DNA of 64,000 nucleotides, taken from the NCBI GenBank assembly GCA_951406725.2, contig OX597822.1, forward strand, positions 89,776,001 to 89,840,000, in the 5' to 3' direction. The DNA is from Octopus vulgaris (taxonomy: Eukaryota). Positions 1-13,600 of this stretch are shown in pieces (positions within the stretch are counted from its first letter, which is position 1; each line of letters starts with the position of its first letter). The notes beneath the pieces were generated by a model, which was given only the letters and a program-made list of their open reading frames with translations, searched no databases and had not been told where the DNA came from. Both the position numbers and the translations under genes were made by a program.

Positions 1-178
1 GTTCATCCATTCTTTGACAGGTCTTATTTTTCATCCTACAAAATATCCAAAAACACCCTCCTCACCAAGAAAGCCTGGTGTGGTTGCCAGTTTAGTTGCT
101 GACAACCTAATCATGCAACAGGTTGTACTGGTTTACATGTTACCAGTAGCAATCAAGAGCAACCTGACATAAGGGTCA
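1..178 (-). mobile_element. RTE 5'-end segment, apparently inverted relative to the adjacent ORF
   Basis: 1-150 aligns by eye with 20686-20835, part of a minus-strand non-autonomous RTE-like element. Confidence 0.5.
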
Positions 179-2105
179 GCGTAGAGAATCTGGTGTTGGG
201 TTTGCTCTCAAGAATACATTAGCATCCTCCATTGCAGAGCTTCCAAGTGGTATATCTGAACGGATCATGTCATGCCGTATTAAACTGACAAATGGTAGGT
301 TTCTTACCGTTGTCAGTATTTATGCACTAATAATGTCCCATTCTGATGAAACTGTAGGACAGTTTTATGACGATCTAGCTCACTTATTGAGGAAAGTACC
401 AATTTCTTCTGACAAGCTGGTCATACTGGGAGATTTCAATGCAAGAGCTGGAAAGGACTGTTTCATGGCCTGTTTTAGGTTGACGTGGGATTGGAAAATG
501 CAATAAAAATGGAGTAGCTCTTTTGATGTTTTGTACTGAGAATAATCTGGTTGTCACCAACACTGTTTAAGCAGAAAAATTAAATATAAAACCACCTGGA
601 TGCACTCAAGATCTAAGCACTGGCATCTTATAGATTATATTCTGATCAGGAAACGTGATATGAAAGACGTTTCTAGCATTCGGGTCATGAGAGGGGCAGA
701 GAGCTGGATTGACCATCATCTAGTGCATAGAAAAACAGATTTTGCAGTAATGCCTAAAAATCGACAGTCGTGTCCTAATGTATCCAAAAAGTTAAATGTT
801 GCAAACTTTAAATTATCAAGCAACTTACAAAGATTCCACAGTGCTATAGAAAGTATCAATCTTAACCCAAACAATCTATGGGAAGGTTTCAAAACAAAAG
901 TATTTCAGGCTGCAAGTTCATCAGTGGGATTTAAATCTCATAAATCCAGTGCCTGGTTCTCAGATAGATCAGCAGAAATTCATGATCTACTTTTAGAAAA
1001 ACATAACTTAGGCAATACACTTCTTTCTCAGTCCTTGAACTTCAACTCAAATGAAACTTACATAAAGCTGCAAAGGAAAGTGCAGACTGCTCTAAGGAAA
1101 ATTAAACAGGAATGGTGGAATGATAGAGCAAAAGGGGCACAAGAAGCAGCTGATAGAAATGATGCCAAGGGTTTGTACTCTTATGTTAAGGAGGTATATG
1201 GCCCAAAATCTTCCTCAATAGCTCCAGTGAGAACAGTAAATAGACATTTTCTTCTGATTGACACTGCTTCTATTCATAAGTGTTGGGTAGAACATTTTTC
1301 TGGACTTTTGAATAGACGATCATCCGTTGACATGAGGACAATAGAAAAAATTGAACACTTTCCAGTTATAGAAGAGATGGTATTTGAACCAGCACTGAAT
1401 GATATTTATTTAGCTGTGAATAAACTGAATAACAATAAGTCTCCAGGGTCTGATGGAACCTGTGCAGAAGTCTTGAAATATGGGAGTGACAAAATGTTTG
1501 AACTCTTAAATATATTAATTCCTCACTGTTGGAGAACTGAGAAAGTGCCTCAAGACTGGATTGATGCCATTTTAGTCTCCTTGTATAAATCAGGGCCAAA
1601 AGATGTGTGTGGTCATTTTCGTGGGATTTCGCTTTTGTCTGTGGTTGGAAAGGTACTTGGCTGCATTTTGTTAGAACATTTAAATACCTTTATAGTTCCA
1701 AATATAGTGTCTGACTCTCATCGTTCCTCCAGGAGCACAGCTGATTGTATCTTTACTGTTAGACAATTACAAGAAAAGTACATTGAACAGAATCTTGCTC
1801 TATACCATTGCTTGTTGATTCGAGCAAAGCATGCAATACTGTTAATCAAAATGCTCTGTGGCTAATTCTAAGGAAAATAGGTTGCCCAGAAAAATTTGTA
1901 AACATGGTCAGGGATTTGCATCAAAATATGAAAGCCAGAGTTAATTTTGGTGGTAGGCTCTCTGAATCTTTTGCTGTGGAAAATGGAGTAATGCAAGGAA
2001 ACCTTGATGCACCCACCCTCTTTGCAATATACTTAGCTGTTGTGTTGTCACATGTTTTTCAAAACTCTGAGGAGGGTATTTGCATAAAATTTTTGCTAAG
2101 GGAAA
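179..2105 (+). mobile_element. Decayed RTE-clade LINE ORF (AP endonuclease + reverse transcriptase), 3' truncated
   Basis: RESGVGFA, LVILGDFNAR, HWHLIDYIL, KSPGSDG, FRGISLLSVVGKV, GVMQG..APTLF; frameshifted across ORFs 267-506, 600-1865 and 1808-2308. Confidence 0.93.
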
Positions 2106-2109
2106 GTTA

Positions 2110-2176
2110 CTTTATATATTTGTATATATATGTATATATAGATATTATATACATATATATATGTATATATAGATAT

Positions 2177-2212
<36 letters not shown>

Positions 2213-2557
2213 GATATTATATACATATATATATATATATGTATATATAGATATTATATACGTATATATGTATATATAGATATTATATATGTATATATGT
2301 ATATATGATATTATATATATATATGTATATATAGATATTATATATATATGTATATATAGATATTATATATATATATGTATATATAGATATTATATATATA
2401 TGTATATATAGATATTATATATGTATATATGTATATATAGATATTATATATGTATATATATATATATAGATATTATATATGTATATATGTATATATAGAT
2501 ATTATATATGTATATATAGATATTATATATGTATATATAGATATTATATATATATAT
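2110..2557. repeat. (TA)-rich minisatellite, unit about ATATAGATATTATATATGTAT
   Basis: Directly visible tandem array. Confidence 0.95.
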
Positions 2558-3014
2558 CCATCTGTTTAATATCTATACATTTACTAAATATGCCTCATTT
2601 AGATTGTTCTTGTAGAAAGGTTTTTACCTACCTCATCTAACTTTTTTTCTGTTAAATAATTCCATTTGCAGGGTTAATTAAATCTTAGTTCAAAGCTGTA
2701 GTTTGAAGTAACTCAAGTGCATTTGTTATACCTAAAATTATGATTTCCCCTTACCTTGTTTCTTTGCCATCATTTCATACTTTTTCACTAATATGTCATG
2801 TAACCAAAGTAATAAATCTTTAGTTATCAACAGACGTAGCAATTCTTTTATCTCTTTTTAACCCTAGTTACTATATAAATTGATAGCTTCACTATAAATA
2901 ATGTACATAATTCCTTATCTCTTAAATATAGAACTATTACCTCTAATTAGCAGAACATATATCCAATTCTTCAGTGAAATCTGAAAACAGACCATATATG
3001 ACTAATATTATTCT

Positions 3015-3220
3015 TGGCAGAATCACTAGTGCGCTGGGCAAAATGCTTAGTGGCATCTTGTCCATTGTTACATTCTGAGTTCAAATTCTGCCAAGGTCAA
3101 GTTTGCCTGTTATCTTTTTGGGGTTGATAAATAGTACCAGTTGAGCAGTGGCAGGTAGGGGTGTTGATCTCCACTTATCCTCTCCTCTAGAATTACTGGT
3201 CTTGTGCCAAAATTTGAAAA
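3015..3220 (+). mobile_element. tRNA-derived SINE (GCCTTTCATCCTTTTGGGGTCGATAAA-type central domain)
   Basis: B-box-like GAGTTCAAATTC; related copies at 28617-28752 (+), 45765-45975 (-), 48640-48845 (-). Confidence 0.75.
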
Positions 3221-4228
3221 TCTCAGATGTCCAGATGTATACAGAAAATGTTTTTTATTTATTAGTGAAAGAGAAATCTTACTGAAATTTTTAGGATTAT
3301 TTTTATTCTTGGCTGTGTTCAACTTTAGATTTTTTTTATTAAAGTTTGAAATTCTGCTCTAAGGATTGGGTTATACTGAACCCTGTCAAGAAGTAAGTTG
3401 AGAATATTTTTGTTATTGGTTTTTCTTAGAAATGTTTGAAAATATTCTAATGTGTAATGAAGCTCCAAACACTTTATTGCTTCTCTAGCAAATCTCTTAT
3501 CGGGAATACAGAATCTTTGGGTTTGTTCCATACTGCTATCACTTGATCTCTCAGGAACCACTTTAATTTCTCCTCTTTAGTACTTCTTTACCTTCTTTAT
3601 CACAGGAAAGTGTTGACACAAATCCATCCTGATTGTTTCTGGTAGTTTTTCTTGTTATTGTATTTTTCATTTTGTTTTATTCACTTTCAATGATTTTCTT
3701 GGTTTAGCAAATGCTTCTCAGTCTTCCGATTCATTCACACACTTTGACTTGCCATTCTAAATACTTCAAAACATGATTGTAAAACAGTGAAAAAACCCCT
3801 TAATGCTCACAACTACTTCAATTTAACCTAATGTCTGAGTCATTGTTATCATCATTTAACATCCATATTTTATGCTGGCAGTGGTTGGAAGATTTAACAG
3901 GCTCCAGTGATCCATAGACTGCATCATGCTCTACATCTGCTTTAGCATATTTATAGCTGGATGCTATTCAATCACTTTACAGCAGTTTAATGCCCATTTT
4001 TCCATGCTTAAATGTGCTGGATGGAATTTGTCAAGGCAGATTTTCTATGGCTAGATGTCCTTCCTGCCACTAACCCTCACCTGTTTCCAAGTAGGTTACT
4101 ATTTCCCCATGACCAGACATTTCTGCAGAATATTGGAAATGAAGGACACTGCTTGCATGACACTGATGTTCATTTACAACTACCATACAATATCAAGGCA
4201 AGGAGACAGTAACACACACACACATTTA

Positions 4229-4748
4229 TACATACCGAGTGCATTCAAAAAGTATCTGACTTGTTTTTTCCTGCCAAAACTACTGCTGTTTGGGTAAAAT
4301 CCTTTGAATGGGAGGTGACACCATCCTTCAAATAGGCTGTGTCAATTCCCAGTTGTTGTGCTTAGAGTTTAGCAAGTAGTTTGCACTTCTAAGGTTTTTG
4401 TTTTCATTGAATGCATCAGTGCAGAGATATTGCATCGAGTTTTGCCAGAGACTTGATGTTCATGCTTAAACCATGCAGAAGATTCAGCTAACCTTTGGCA
4501 ATGACACTAAGGGTAAAACTCAGATCAGTAAGTGGTACAACCACTTCAAACATGACTGCATCTTATTGGAGAGTGAGGCACACTTAAGCAGGCTTGTAGA
4601 TACAAGCTGAAACAAGGACTCAATTGAGAAGGTTTGATGAATAGTCATGTGCAGGAAGGGTGGTGTCACATCCCACCCAAGAGATTTTGCCCATGCGGCA
4701 TAAATTTTGATGGGGAAAATATCATATTTTTTTAATGCATTTCATGTA
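4229..4748 (+). mobile_element. Internally deleted mariner element
   Basis: N-terminal HTH remnant QRYCIEFCQRL...KIQLTFGND..GKTQISKWYNHFK; degenerate TIRs (gagtgcattcaaaaag / tttttaatgcatt); inner inverted repeat at 4311/4655. Confidence 0.75.
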
Positions 4749-4761
4749 CATATATATGCAA

Positions 4762-4920
4762 TGGGTTTCTTTCAGTTTCTGTCTACCAAATCCACTCACG
4801 AGGCTTTGATCAGCCAGGGACTATAGTAGAAGCTACTTACCCAAGGTGTCATGTAGTTGGATTAAATCTGGAACCATGTGGTTGTAAAGCAAACTTCTTA
4901 CTACAAAACTGTATCTGCAT
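4762..4920 (-). mobile_element. tRNA/CORE-type SINE head fragment
   Basis: tctttcagtttctgtctaccaaatccactcac...cccaaggtg...gaaccatgtggttg; same family at 7395-7545, 14105-14255, 32310-32415, 56437-56965, 63830-63960. Confidence 0.75.
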
Positions 4921-5059
4921 CTTTAGAAATAAATTTTCTGATATTCTTATTGTATATGCTAAGATCATAATAAAGGGTGGGTGGAGGATAATAAAGAGCT
5001 GTCTCTAGGCAAAACAAGCGTGTTTTTAATATGACTCGATGATTTTCTTCTTTTTGTAG

Positions 5060-5118
5060 TGTACAGAGATGAAGTGAAGAAACGTAATGTCCTTGAAAAC
5101 GTAACCAACATAAACTGA
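5060..5118 (+). CDS. Probable terminal coding exon of an unidentified convergent gene: (x)YRDEVKKRNVLENVTNIN*
   Basis: Strong acceptor gattttcttctttttgtag|, phase-1 frame open to TGA 5116-5118, AATAAA at 5230-5235; earlier exons would lie outside the window. Confidence 0.5.
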
Positions 5119-5354
5119 GGGATAGGAAAGTTTTCCGATTTAATATCTTCTGTTTTTAATATCTAGAATTTTACATTTCTTTTATCTTTAGAACATTATA
5201 TAAATAACTGTTGTGTATGCATTTTACCAAATAAATATAATTTATGTAGATCATGAATTCATTTGTTTCTAATTACATATAAATGTAATTATATTTTTCT
5301 ATTTACTAAACTGAGTGCATGAGTGGGAGCCAGTATCAGTCAATTTATCCCTTA

Positions 5355-5570
5355 TTAACCTTTTCGATTCCAACCTGGCTGAAACCACCTCTGGCTCTGT
5401 AGTACAAATGTCTTGTTTTCATAAGTTTTGAATTAAAATCTTCCACCAAACCTTAGTCACAATTTATGTTTGTAACACCAGCTTAATGATAAGTAAGTTA
5501 TTTTTCTAAATCATTTGTTATATTTAAAATTAAGTGAAAGAAACACAGAACATCTCAAAATAAGGGTTAA
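5355..5570. mobile_element. piggyBac-type MITE (TTAA TSD)
   Basis: ttaa-ccttttcg ... aaggg-ttaa; close copy at 36782-37009. Confidence 0.85.
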
Positions 5571-6194
5571 CAAGCATTCTGGGACCAGTTTGAATCTGCT
5601 GTTACTTGTAGTACTGTGGCTGCATAAAGGTTCTCTCACTAGATCTTGGAGACCAATAAGAGTAGATTAAGCAGTATATGACATAATATGACTAGACTAA
5701 CTCCATCTTTAATATACAGCAGTAGGCATTACAATTTTTAATCTCCTAAAAATAGTTGCCATATCTGCCTCAAATTACATGTTATGATTTTAAAAGGAAA
5801 GTCCAAGATATACTGCTTGATAAAAGACAGAATGGTTACACATGGAATGTTTTTCATTGTGTCTTCTGAATCAGAACTGTTCTGATCTCTCAGAAGAGTT
5901 TGGACTACATAACATTCAGATGGGGATATGAAATATCTAACGTGTTGGATATGTGAGTTACACCAAAGTATTTGACCAGCTATCACCAGATCACACAACA
6001 GAATGTAGGTAACTGTTCAAATGTATTTAAGATTATCCAAATGCATGTTTTTTTCTCTTATTCAATGTCAATCAAAGTATCGTTTCTGTGAGGAGGAGGA
6101 GGAGTAGTAGTAGTGCTGCTGCTGCTACTTTTTTTACTTCTGGGATCATATAATAACTCTCTACTTCATTTTGAGCATTGCTATAAATTGAATA

Positions 6195-6406
6195 GTGCCA
6201 GCCCCGTCTGGCACCTGTGCCAGTGGCATGTAAAAAGCACCCACTACACTCACGGAGTGGTTGGCGTTAGGAAGGGCATCCAGCCGTAGAAACATTGCCA
6301 GATCAGACTGGAGCCTGTTGCAGCCTTCTGGCTTCCCAGACCCCAGTTGAACCGTCCAACCCATGCTAGCATGGAAAGCGGACGCTAAATGATAATGATG
6401 ATGATG
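6195..6406 (-). mobile_element. Short retroposon/SINE-like repeat with (ATC)n end
   Basis: Reverse complement of the 44712-44920 copy (catcatcgtttaacgtcc...gctagcatgggttggacgg...ggatgcccttcctaacgcc). Confidence 0.8.
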
Positions 6407-7149
6407 AAAACTGTCAAAAAAAAAAAAAAAAAAATTAAAACAAATATACAAAAGACCTCTGTACGTTAACTCCAAATTCAGTTTATTCTTTTGATTAAAA
6501 ACATTTGAAATATTTGAGTCTAAAAGGATCTCAAGTTGTTGCATTTTCTATTTTTATCAAGTATTTTATTCATTGTAAATAAAGAAATTTAATTCGTTTG
6601 TAAAAATTATGTACTATTGCTAGAATTATTAAAAGAAAGCAATGTACTTTATGGGAATTATTTTAAAACAGTGTTCATCTTGCTTCTGTTTAGTATGCAT
6701 TGTAAATGAAAATTTCTAATTTTCTGTAATGCAGCATTTTATGCTTTAAATATTTCCTTTTAAAACTCAGCATTTTCCAAACAATCTTGTAGCTTTTTCT
6801 TTGTCTTTTATCAGCATATTAAACAAAATTATTTTCCTTCTTTATGAAATATACTCTTGACTTCATTTAGTTCATCAAAATAAACATTTCCTAACCAACA
6901 TAAATTGGAAGCATATTAATATTACATGATTTCCTGTAGCAGTAATCTTTCTCATCTTCATTGAATACATGATCAACACACCCACCCTTCTATTGTGAGG
7001 GTTACTTAACACTTTAAAGATTGGGCGTGGCTTATTGACACAACAAGCTCTCTTCCACAGAGGACAGGTGTCGCTTATTGACACACTACTGAATTGTGAA
7101 GAAAAGTATATAAGCCACATTTGCGTTAAAAGCTATTTGATTATCATAC

Positions 7150-7545
7150 TCTTTACTCTTTTATTTGTTTCAGTCATGTGACTGTGGCCATGCTGGAGCA
7201 CTGCCTTTGGTCGAGCAAATCGACCCCAGGACTTATTCTTTGTAAGCCTAATACTTATTCTATCGGTCTATTTTGCCGACCCGCTAAGTTACGGGGACGT
7301 AAGCACACCAGCATCGGTTGTCAAGCGATGTTGGGGGGACAAACACAGACATACAAACATACACACACTATATATATATATATATATATATATGACAGGC
7401 TTCTTTCAGTTTCAGTCTACCAAATCCACTCACAAGGCTTTGGTCGGCCCGAGGCTATAGTAGACACTTGCCCATGGTGCCATGTAGTGGGGCTGAACCC
7501 GGAACCATGTGGTTGGTTAGCAAGCTACTTACCACACAGCCACTT
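7150..7545 (-). mobile_element. Near full-length tRNA-derived SINE with internal (TA)n/(CA)n
   Basis: tRNA-like head at about 7490-7545 on the minus strand, CORE-like ttgggcaagtgtc, body shared with the 55540-56965 copy. Confidence 0.8.
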
Positions 7546-8064
7546 TTTTTTTTTTGTCCCACACGAAAAGACTTGCTATTTGTACTTGGCCTTAGAGGGT
7601 TAAGCACTGGTATAGGCACTTAAAATCATTGCAATAATAGTAATATTTTGGTGATCCTCCTCTTACATGGAGTTTTGAATATTACTAGCTATAAAGCAGA
7701 AGTTGAGCTAAGACATTTGGATGTTCATACAGCTAGCAGACAAGCAATGGCTATCCTCTAAGCAGTTAACTAAAGAAAAGTGTCCATACTGAGAGTACAT
7801 CAAAAGAAAGCACCAAATTTCTCTACTGTCATATTCAAAGTTGAGTCTACTTTGATCTTCTCAAAGTGACAACAAATCTAGTATATATCCAGAAATTAAG
7901 CCTTAACAAGATTAAACATGTGAAGCTAGATCTATCTAAAAGAAAGAAGATACAAAAATTATGAGTTGTTAAATCTGAAGGTTTTTTTTCCCTTTAAACT
8001 GAGACAATAAATGAAATATATAAGTTGAGTTTAAATAAACTATATTGTAAATTAGATTAGATTA

Positions 8065-10227
8065 CACTGGTCTGTAACAATTTTGCTTCTTTGTAGGTGA
8101 AAGCAGTTTGTGGAGAAGCTAATTTGAGGGTACTGATTCCAAATAAGCATCACCCTAGTAGAGATGTGAATTTATCAATTACACTGGCCAAGAAATTCTA
8201 ACATTTTATCTGCTGACCTAAGTTTGAGCTGGTTTTGGAGTAATTTGGGCTCACTGAGTTTTAAAATGGCAATAGTTTTTTTGTATCATGTCTAGTTTTT
8301 TTTTTTCTACGGGCTGGCCCATATTGGCCCCACCTGTAGCTTCATTTCTGAAATGTTTGAATTCCCTTGACTCTTTTTGTTACATATGTGGGTGTTTTAC
8401 AGTACCAAGTCAAAGGATGAATGTCAATGACATGGTGAGAAGATCCTACTTGGCTTAAAGATTAAAGTTGGTGATCAGGATAAATTGTGGACCCACACAA
8501 TGTATGTAAACCATATGTCGAAAATGTACACCAATGAACAAAAAGCACAAGGAAACAATTAACATTTGACATTCCTATGATATGGTGGGAGCCAAAGAAC
8601 CATGTAAACAATTGCTACTTTTGTCTCGCAATGACTTGTTATAGCAACAGAACATGACAGAAAATAAGTTACCCAAATCTGGATTCAGCAATTCATCCAG
8701 TGCTTCACTCAAATGGAATACCAGTACTTGCTTTCAAGGATCTGCCTTGAGTGCAAAGTGAAAGTAATATATGTGAAGTAGATGCCAATCATAAAGATGA
8801 CAGTGATACAGACTTTGTAGAAACATTCAACCAAGGAACATGGAAACTTCAACCAGGCAAAACTTAATCATTTAGTTAGATCTAGGAGTGTCAAAAGAGT
8901 TATCAGAACTGTTAGCTTCTAGGTTTAAAGAGAAGAATTTGTTGCAGAAAGAAAAAAAATGTGACTTTTTATCAGAACAAGGAAAAGGTTCTCTTGATAT
9001 TCTTTACAATTGGAAACAATTTTGTTTACTGTTGTGACGTGGAAGGACTGTTAAATGTGATGGGTGTTGAACCATATGATCCTAGTGAATGGAGGCTCTT
9101 TATAGATAGTTCAAAGAACTCTAAAATGTGTATTACTCTATATGGAAACTTGTTTGGTCCACTTCCTATTGGTCACTCTTTACACTTAAAAGAGAATTAT
9201 GATCACATAAAAGATGTATTAAATTTACTTAAGTATGATGAACACAAATGGGTCACGTGTGGATCTTAAAATGGTCAACTTTTTACTTGGTCAACACGGA
9301 GGGTATACAAAATATCTGTGTTTCCTGTGTTTATGAGATAGCCAAGTGAGAGACAAACATTGGGAATATAAACTCTGGCCAGTTAGGAAGTTTGATTGTT
9401 GGGGAAAAGAATATCATACACCAACCATTTGTTGAACAAAAGAAAATCATCTTTTCACCCCTTCATATTAAACTAGAACTAATGAAATAATTTGTCAAAG
9501 CTCTTAATGTGGAAGGTAACTGTTTCAAATTCATATGTACATTTGCTGGTGTTTTTGATGGGCCACAGATCAGAAAGTTAACAAAATGCCAGAATTTTGC
9601 AAGCTTGATGGCTGACATAGAAAAAAAGAACATGGGATTCATTTGTTGGGAAAGGATTTTGAGGGCAGTGAAAAGGTTGAAAACTACAAGGATTCATCTT
9701 TCAGGCTGCAACATGAGCATAAAGCTTCATTTCCTCAATAGCCATCTCAGTGGATTTCCTGCTAATCTTGGAGACACGAGTGATGAGCATGGTGAGCGTT
9801 TTCATCAAGCGGAGAGATATCAAGGCCAATGGAACACACATGTGACAGCAGACTACTGTTGGAGTATTCAAAGAGACTATGTAGACATGAAATACTCCAA
9901 GTGAAAATTTGTTCCATGAATATGAAGATATATGTATGATGGTTTGTGCTTTATCCATCATATTAGAAAATTAACAAAGTATTTTGTAAAAGTTGATGCT
10001 ATCTTCCATTTCCCATTTATAACTTATGGTTTGAAGCTATAAGACTTAGTAAACTATCCTGACCCAAGTAAATAATTTATACAGTACATCAAAAAATAGA
10101 GGTATGCTATAGAATGCAAGCCTGATGTGTTAGGGGGGGAAATGGGTACCATATTTGGAATCAGCATCTCAAAATTAACTAAAAACAATCATAAAACTGA
10201 AGTCAGCAAAAAATGTGTTGACCAGTG
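8065..10227 (+). mobile_element. Chapaev3-type (CMC) DNA transposon, full length, decayed transposase
   Basis: Termini CACTGGTC / GACCAGTG with 3-bp TTA TSD (8062-8064, 10228-10230). Motifs FCYICG, GDQDK, PMIWWEPKNH..NCYFC, WRLFIDSS, PLHIKL, GVFDGPQIRKL, SDEHGERFHQ, DYCW. Confidence 0.88.
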
Positions 10228-10644
10228 TTATTGGCATTTAAAAAAATTAGTTGGTATTAATTCATTTCAACCCATTCTATTCATTTAAAATTCAAGTAAT
10301 ATCTTACAAAGCCTATATGCTACAACTGTTTAGTTGCTATATTACAATGAAAGAATCAAAGAACAATTGCTAGGTAATAAAGACAAATAGTTACATCAAC
10401 CATAAAGCATATAATACAGAGTAGTTCAAGAAAATGTTTTCCAGATTAACTCCCTAAAACAAAGAGTATCTGACAAAGCTTTTTGAAAGAGAAAGTTTCA
10501 ACTCATAACTGCTGAGAATGGTCGTAAACCCCTTGAAAAGAATAACCTGTAAACTTTGAACAGTTGCAGGAGTAGAACAGTTCTAAATGTTGGTTTCTTA
10601 GTTTTCCCAGGTTGGCTAACTCAATTCAAGACACGTTTCCTTAT

Positions 10645-10676
10645 TTACTTCTGCTTGGATCTTCTAATACTTAGAC
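10645..10676 (-). CDS. SPATA18: Mieap terminal coding exon: (G)LSIRRSKQK*
   Basis: aattttcaatag| acceptor in phase 1 matches exon 8; TAA at 10647-10645; non-repeat island (about 10230-10750) between two transposons. Confidence 0.6.
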
Positions 10677-13600
10677 CTATTGAAAATTAAATTTTATATT
10701 GTATTCATGTATTTTTGAGTGAAATTGAGTAGTCAAAACAAACCAAGGCTTCTCACTTTGTCAGTTTGCTTCATACATCTGAGGCAATGGACCAAAGGTA
10801 AAAGTTTAAAAGAATGAACTTCAGTGTGCTAATGGACTGGACTAGAACTGACAAATCATCATGAAGATTGCTATTTTTGTATGGTTGATATTTCTGGACA
10901 TAACCTCAGGACTAATTTGTAGACAGATTACTCAAACTTGCCATTAGAATTGTACTTTATTATGTCAGAGTACCTGTTCTTGCTATAAGTTAGATGTCAT
11001 CAATTTGAGTGTTGCATGTAATCTGCTGAAACATAGTTACTCGAATTAAGTTAGGACATAATTTAAAGACTTCAGCAGAATTATTGGGATCCATGCTGAA
11101 GTTTTTGTTAACATAGAGAAAAAAAATCTGTTGCAGTTCTCTAGTATGGAAGATGACATTATTTATTGTAATGATATTAATGGTTTGTTAAATGTGATGG
11201 TAATATGAATCAAGCAACTAGTAACTTTTCATTGACAGCTCAAAGGCCAGTTTAATGTGTTTTGTGGAGCAATGGAAATGTATTTAATTCTGTACCAGCT
11301 TGTCACTCAATACAATTAAAAGGAAGTTATGAAACCATGAAAGTTGTAATGAAAAAGCTCAAATACTTCAAATACCTGTTATCGTTAGGCCTAACTCATC
11401 GTAAAGTAAATACCACCATGACCGATATCCAAACTACAGTGGAGAAGGCTAGTCACTGGATTTGGTTAAAAAGAGACGATGAGCGATGGCTAGAGGAACA
11501 TTGAGCTGTATTTAATAACCAGTTGATCTAGTAAGTAGGACCTCATATTAGTGAGGTGCGCAGTGATGCTGTCAAGAGGCAAGCTCCAAAATGGCATGCG
11601 GAGTTCTTGATGGTAGCACTTGCATGTGCAAATTGTTTAAAAAACATGTAGAAATCTGAAAGTGGTTTACAAGCTGCTCAATTGAAAAGCAATTACACTA
11701 AATTTCTTTGTTGTTTGTGTTTATGAGACAAACTCAAGATCACTGTGTAAGAAAGGAATGGTTGGGAAAAAAGATTTTTTAAAGCTGGAAAACATCTTGC
11801 TGGGTTTCACGAAACAATTTGATAAAGTTTAGATTTCTTTTTCCAAATATTTACATGGAGAATTTCCTACTTTAAGTTGAAAAAAATTGAAAGCAAGTAT
11901 CTTAGACAGGTCTAATATAAAGTATTGATCAAAGATGAGCTATTTACAAGTTTACTTAAACCTATTGAGAAAAAATTCCTAGATAACATCAACAGATGTG
12001 GATGACCCTTTGTGCAACAAAAGATACAAAATCTATGAATATCAGGTGAATTAGTTCCTTTTTCTTTTCCAGAAGTGAGGATATAGTTTGAATATCAAAG
12101 TGCATTTCCTCAACAGCTATTTAAACTGCCAGTTAAGGAGCTGTTGGTGGAAACACTCTTTGCATTTCACTAAGACACAGAAAGATACCAGTGATGGTGG
12201 AATTTGAACATGATGGCAAACTATTGTAGATGCCTAATAAGGGAACATAATAGAAGTGACTATGTCTAAGAATCCAAGAAAAGAAAGCTGCTGCTTTAAA
12301 CAAACTAGCTTTGTTTTCATACTAACTCTACATCATCAGATATAAACTCAACACGAAATGGATGAAATTTGTTGGCTGGAAAATGCATTTCTTTGGAGAA
12401 TGTAGCACTATTTATTATTGTGTTATTTCAGTGATACTGATGTATTTTATTGACAGATTTCATGGGTGGATAGTGCAACATTTTATAAAGTATCTAATTT
12501 TTATACCTATTAACCTAAAATATGTACCTCAATGTTGCCAAAAGGGATTATATTCTTCCCATAAAACAGCTAAAATGACTGTACTAGCACAAGATAATTA
12601 TAACTTCTAATACATGTACTTTTTTATTGCTAACATTTAACAGTTTGAAATCAACAACCCCAAATTAGATAAGATAGATGCCTTTCATGGCAAAAGCAAA
12701 AAGTTTCTACTTTAAAATGCAGCCCAGTGTTATATAATAGTAAAGTATGAGCCTCATAAATCTGAAGAATGGTGACTGGGGCTGATCACAAAATATCTAA
12801 TTAACACAACAATATAGAGATAATGAGAAAGGCTGTCCAAAAAGGAAGAATTAACTTAGTTGAAAAAGAGAGTATTAGCAATAGTTGCATTTGTTTCATA
12901 TAAGAGGAAATTAGAGCATACTCATTTTTGGCATGTAGTATTCCTCCTAGATAAGCAGTGCTTATAGTGAGAATTCTACTCTTTTGGTTATACTGTGGAT
13001 GTAATATTGTAATATCAACGGGACAGTCTAAGTTTGCAGTTTGATAGTGACTATAGAATTAGATTAGCATGTTCATACCTTTTTCAAAAATAGTAAAATA
13101 AAATTGAGAATTGAATAGAGGGATAAAAACTACAGTAAAGCATTTTTAGTCTGGCACAGCCATTTCTGTTATCTCAAGTATTAAATACTCCCTCATCACA
13201 AAATCTCCAAGAGCTCAACTATTTATATTTCATATACCTAATAAATTATATATATATATATGTTAAATTCCTACATGTACTACTAATACTAAGATTTAGA
13301 AAATAATAAAAGAATATGACCAAAATTAATAAAAGAAATAACATTTTGATAATTATCTGCTTTACTTGGTCTGCTACTTTTTGGAATTATTTGTTTTACA
13401 GCAGTCTAGTGTCATTCTAATGTACATGTGTTTTTGATGTCCTGGATTGAATTTCCACTTGTCTCATTTACCTGATCTTTGCTTAGGCAACAAACTTCTA
13501 CTGCTGTAATTTCTCTATAAAGATAAGAAAACATTTAAAATAAAACAAATTTTAACACAGTATTTCTCAACAAAAAATTCATGAGCATTGTTCAAATTCT

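Noticed and set aside
600-1865. 421-aa ORF as a host gene or domesticated RT
   Set aside because: It is flanked by frameshifts and stops and truncated before the catalytic YADD motif, so it is a dead RTE LINE.
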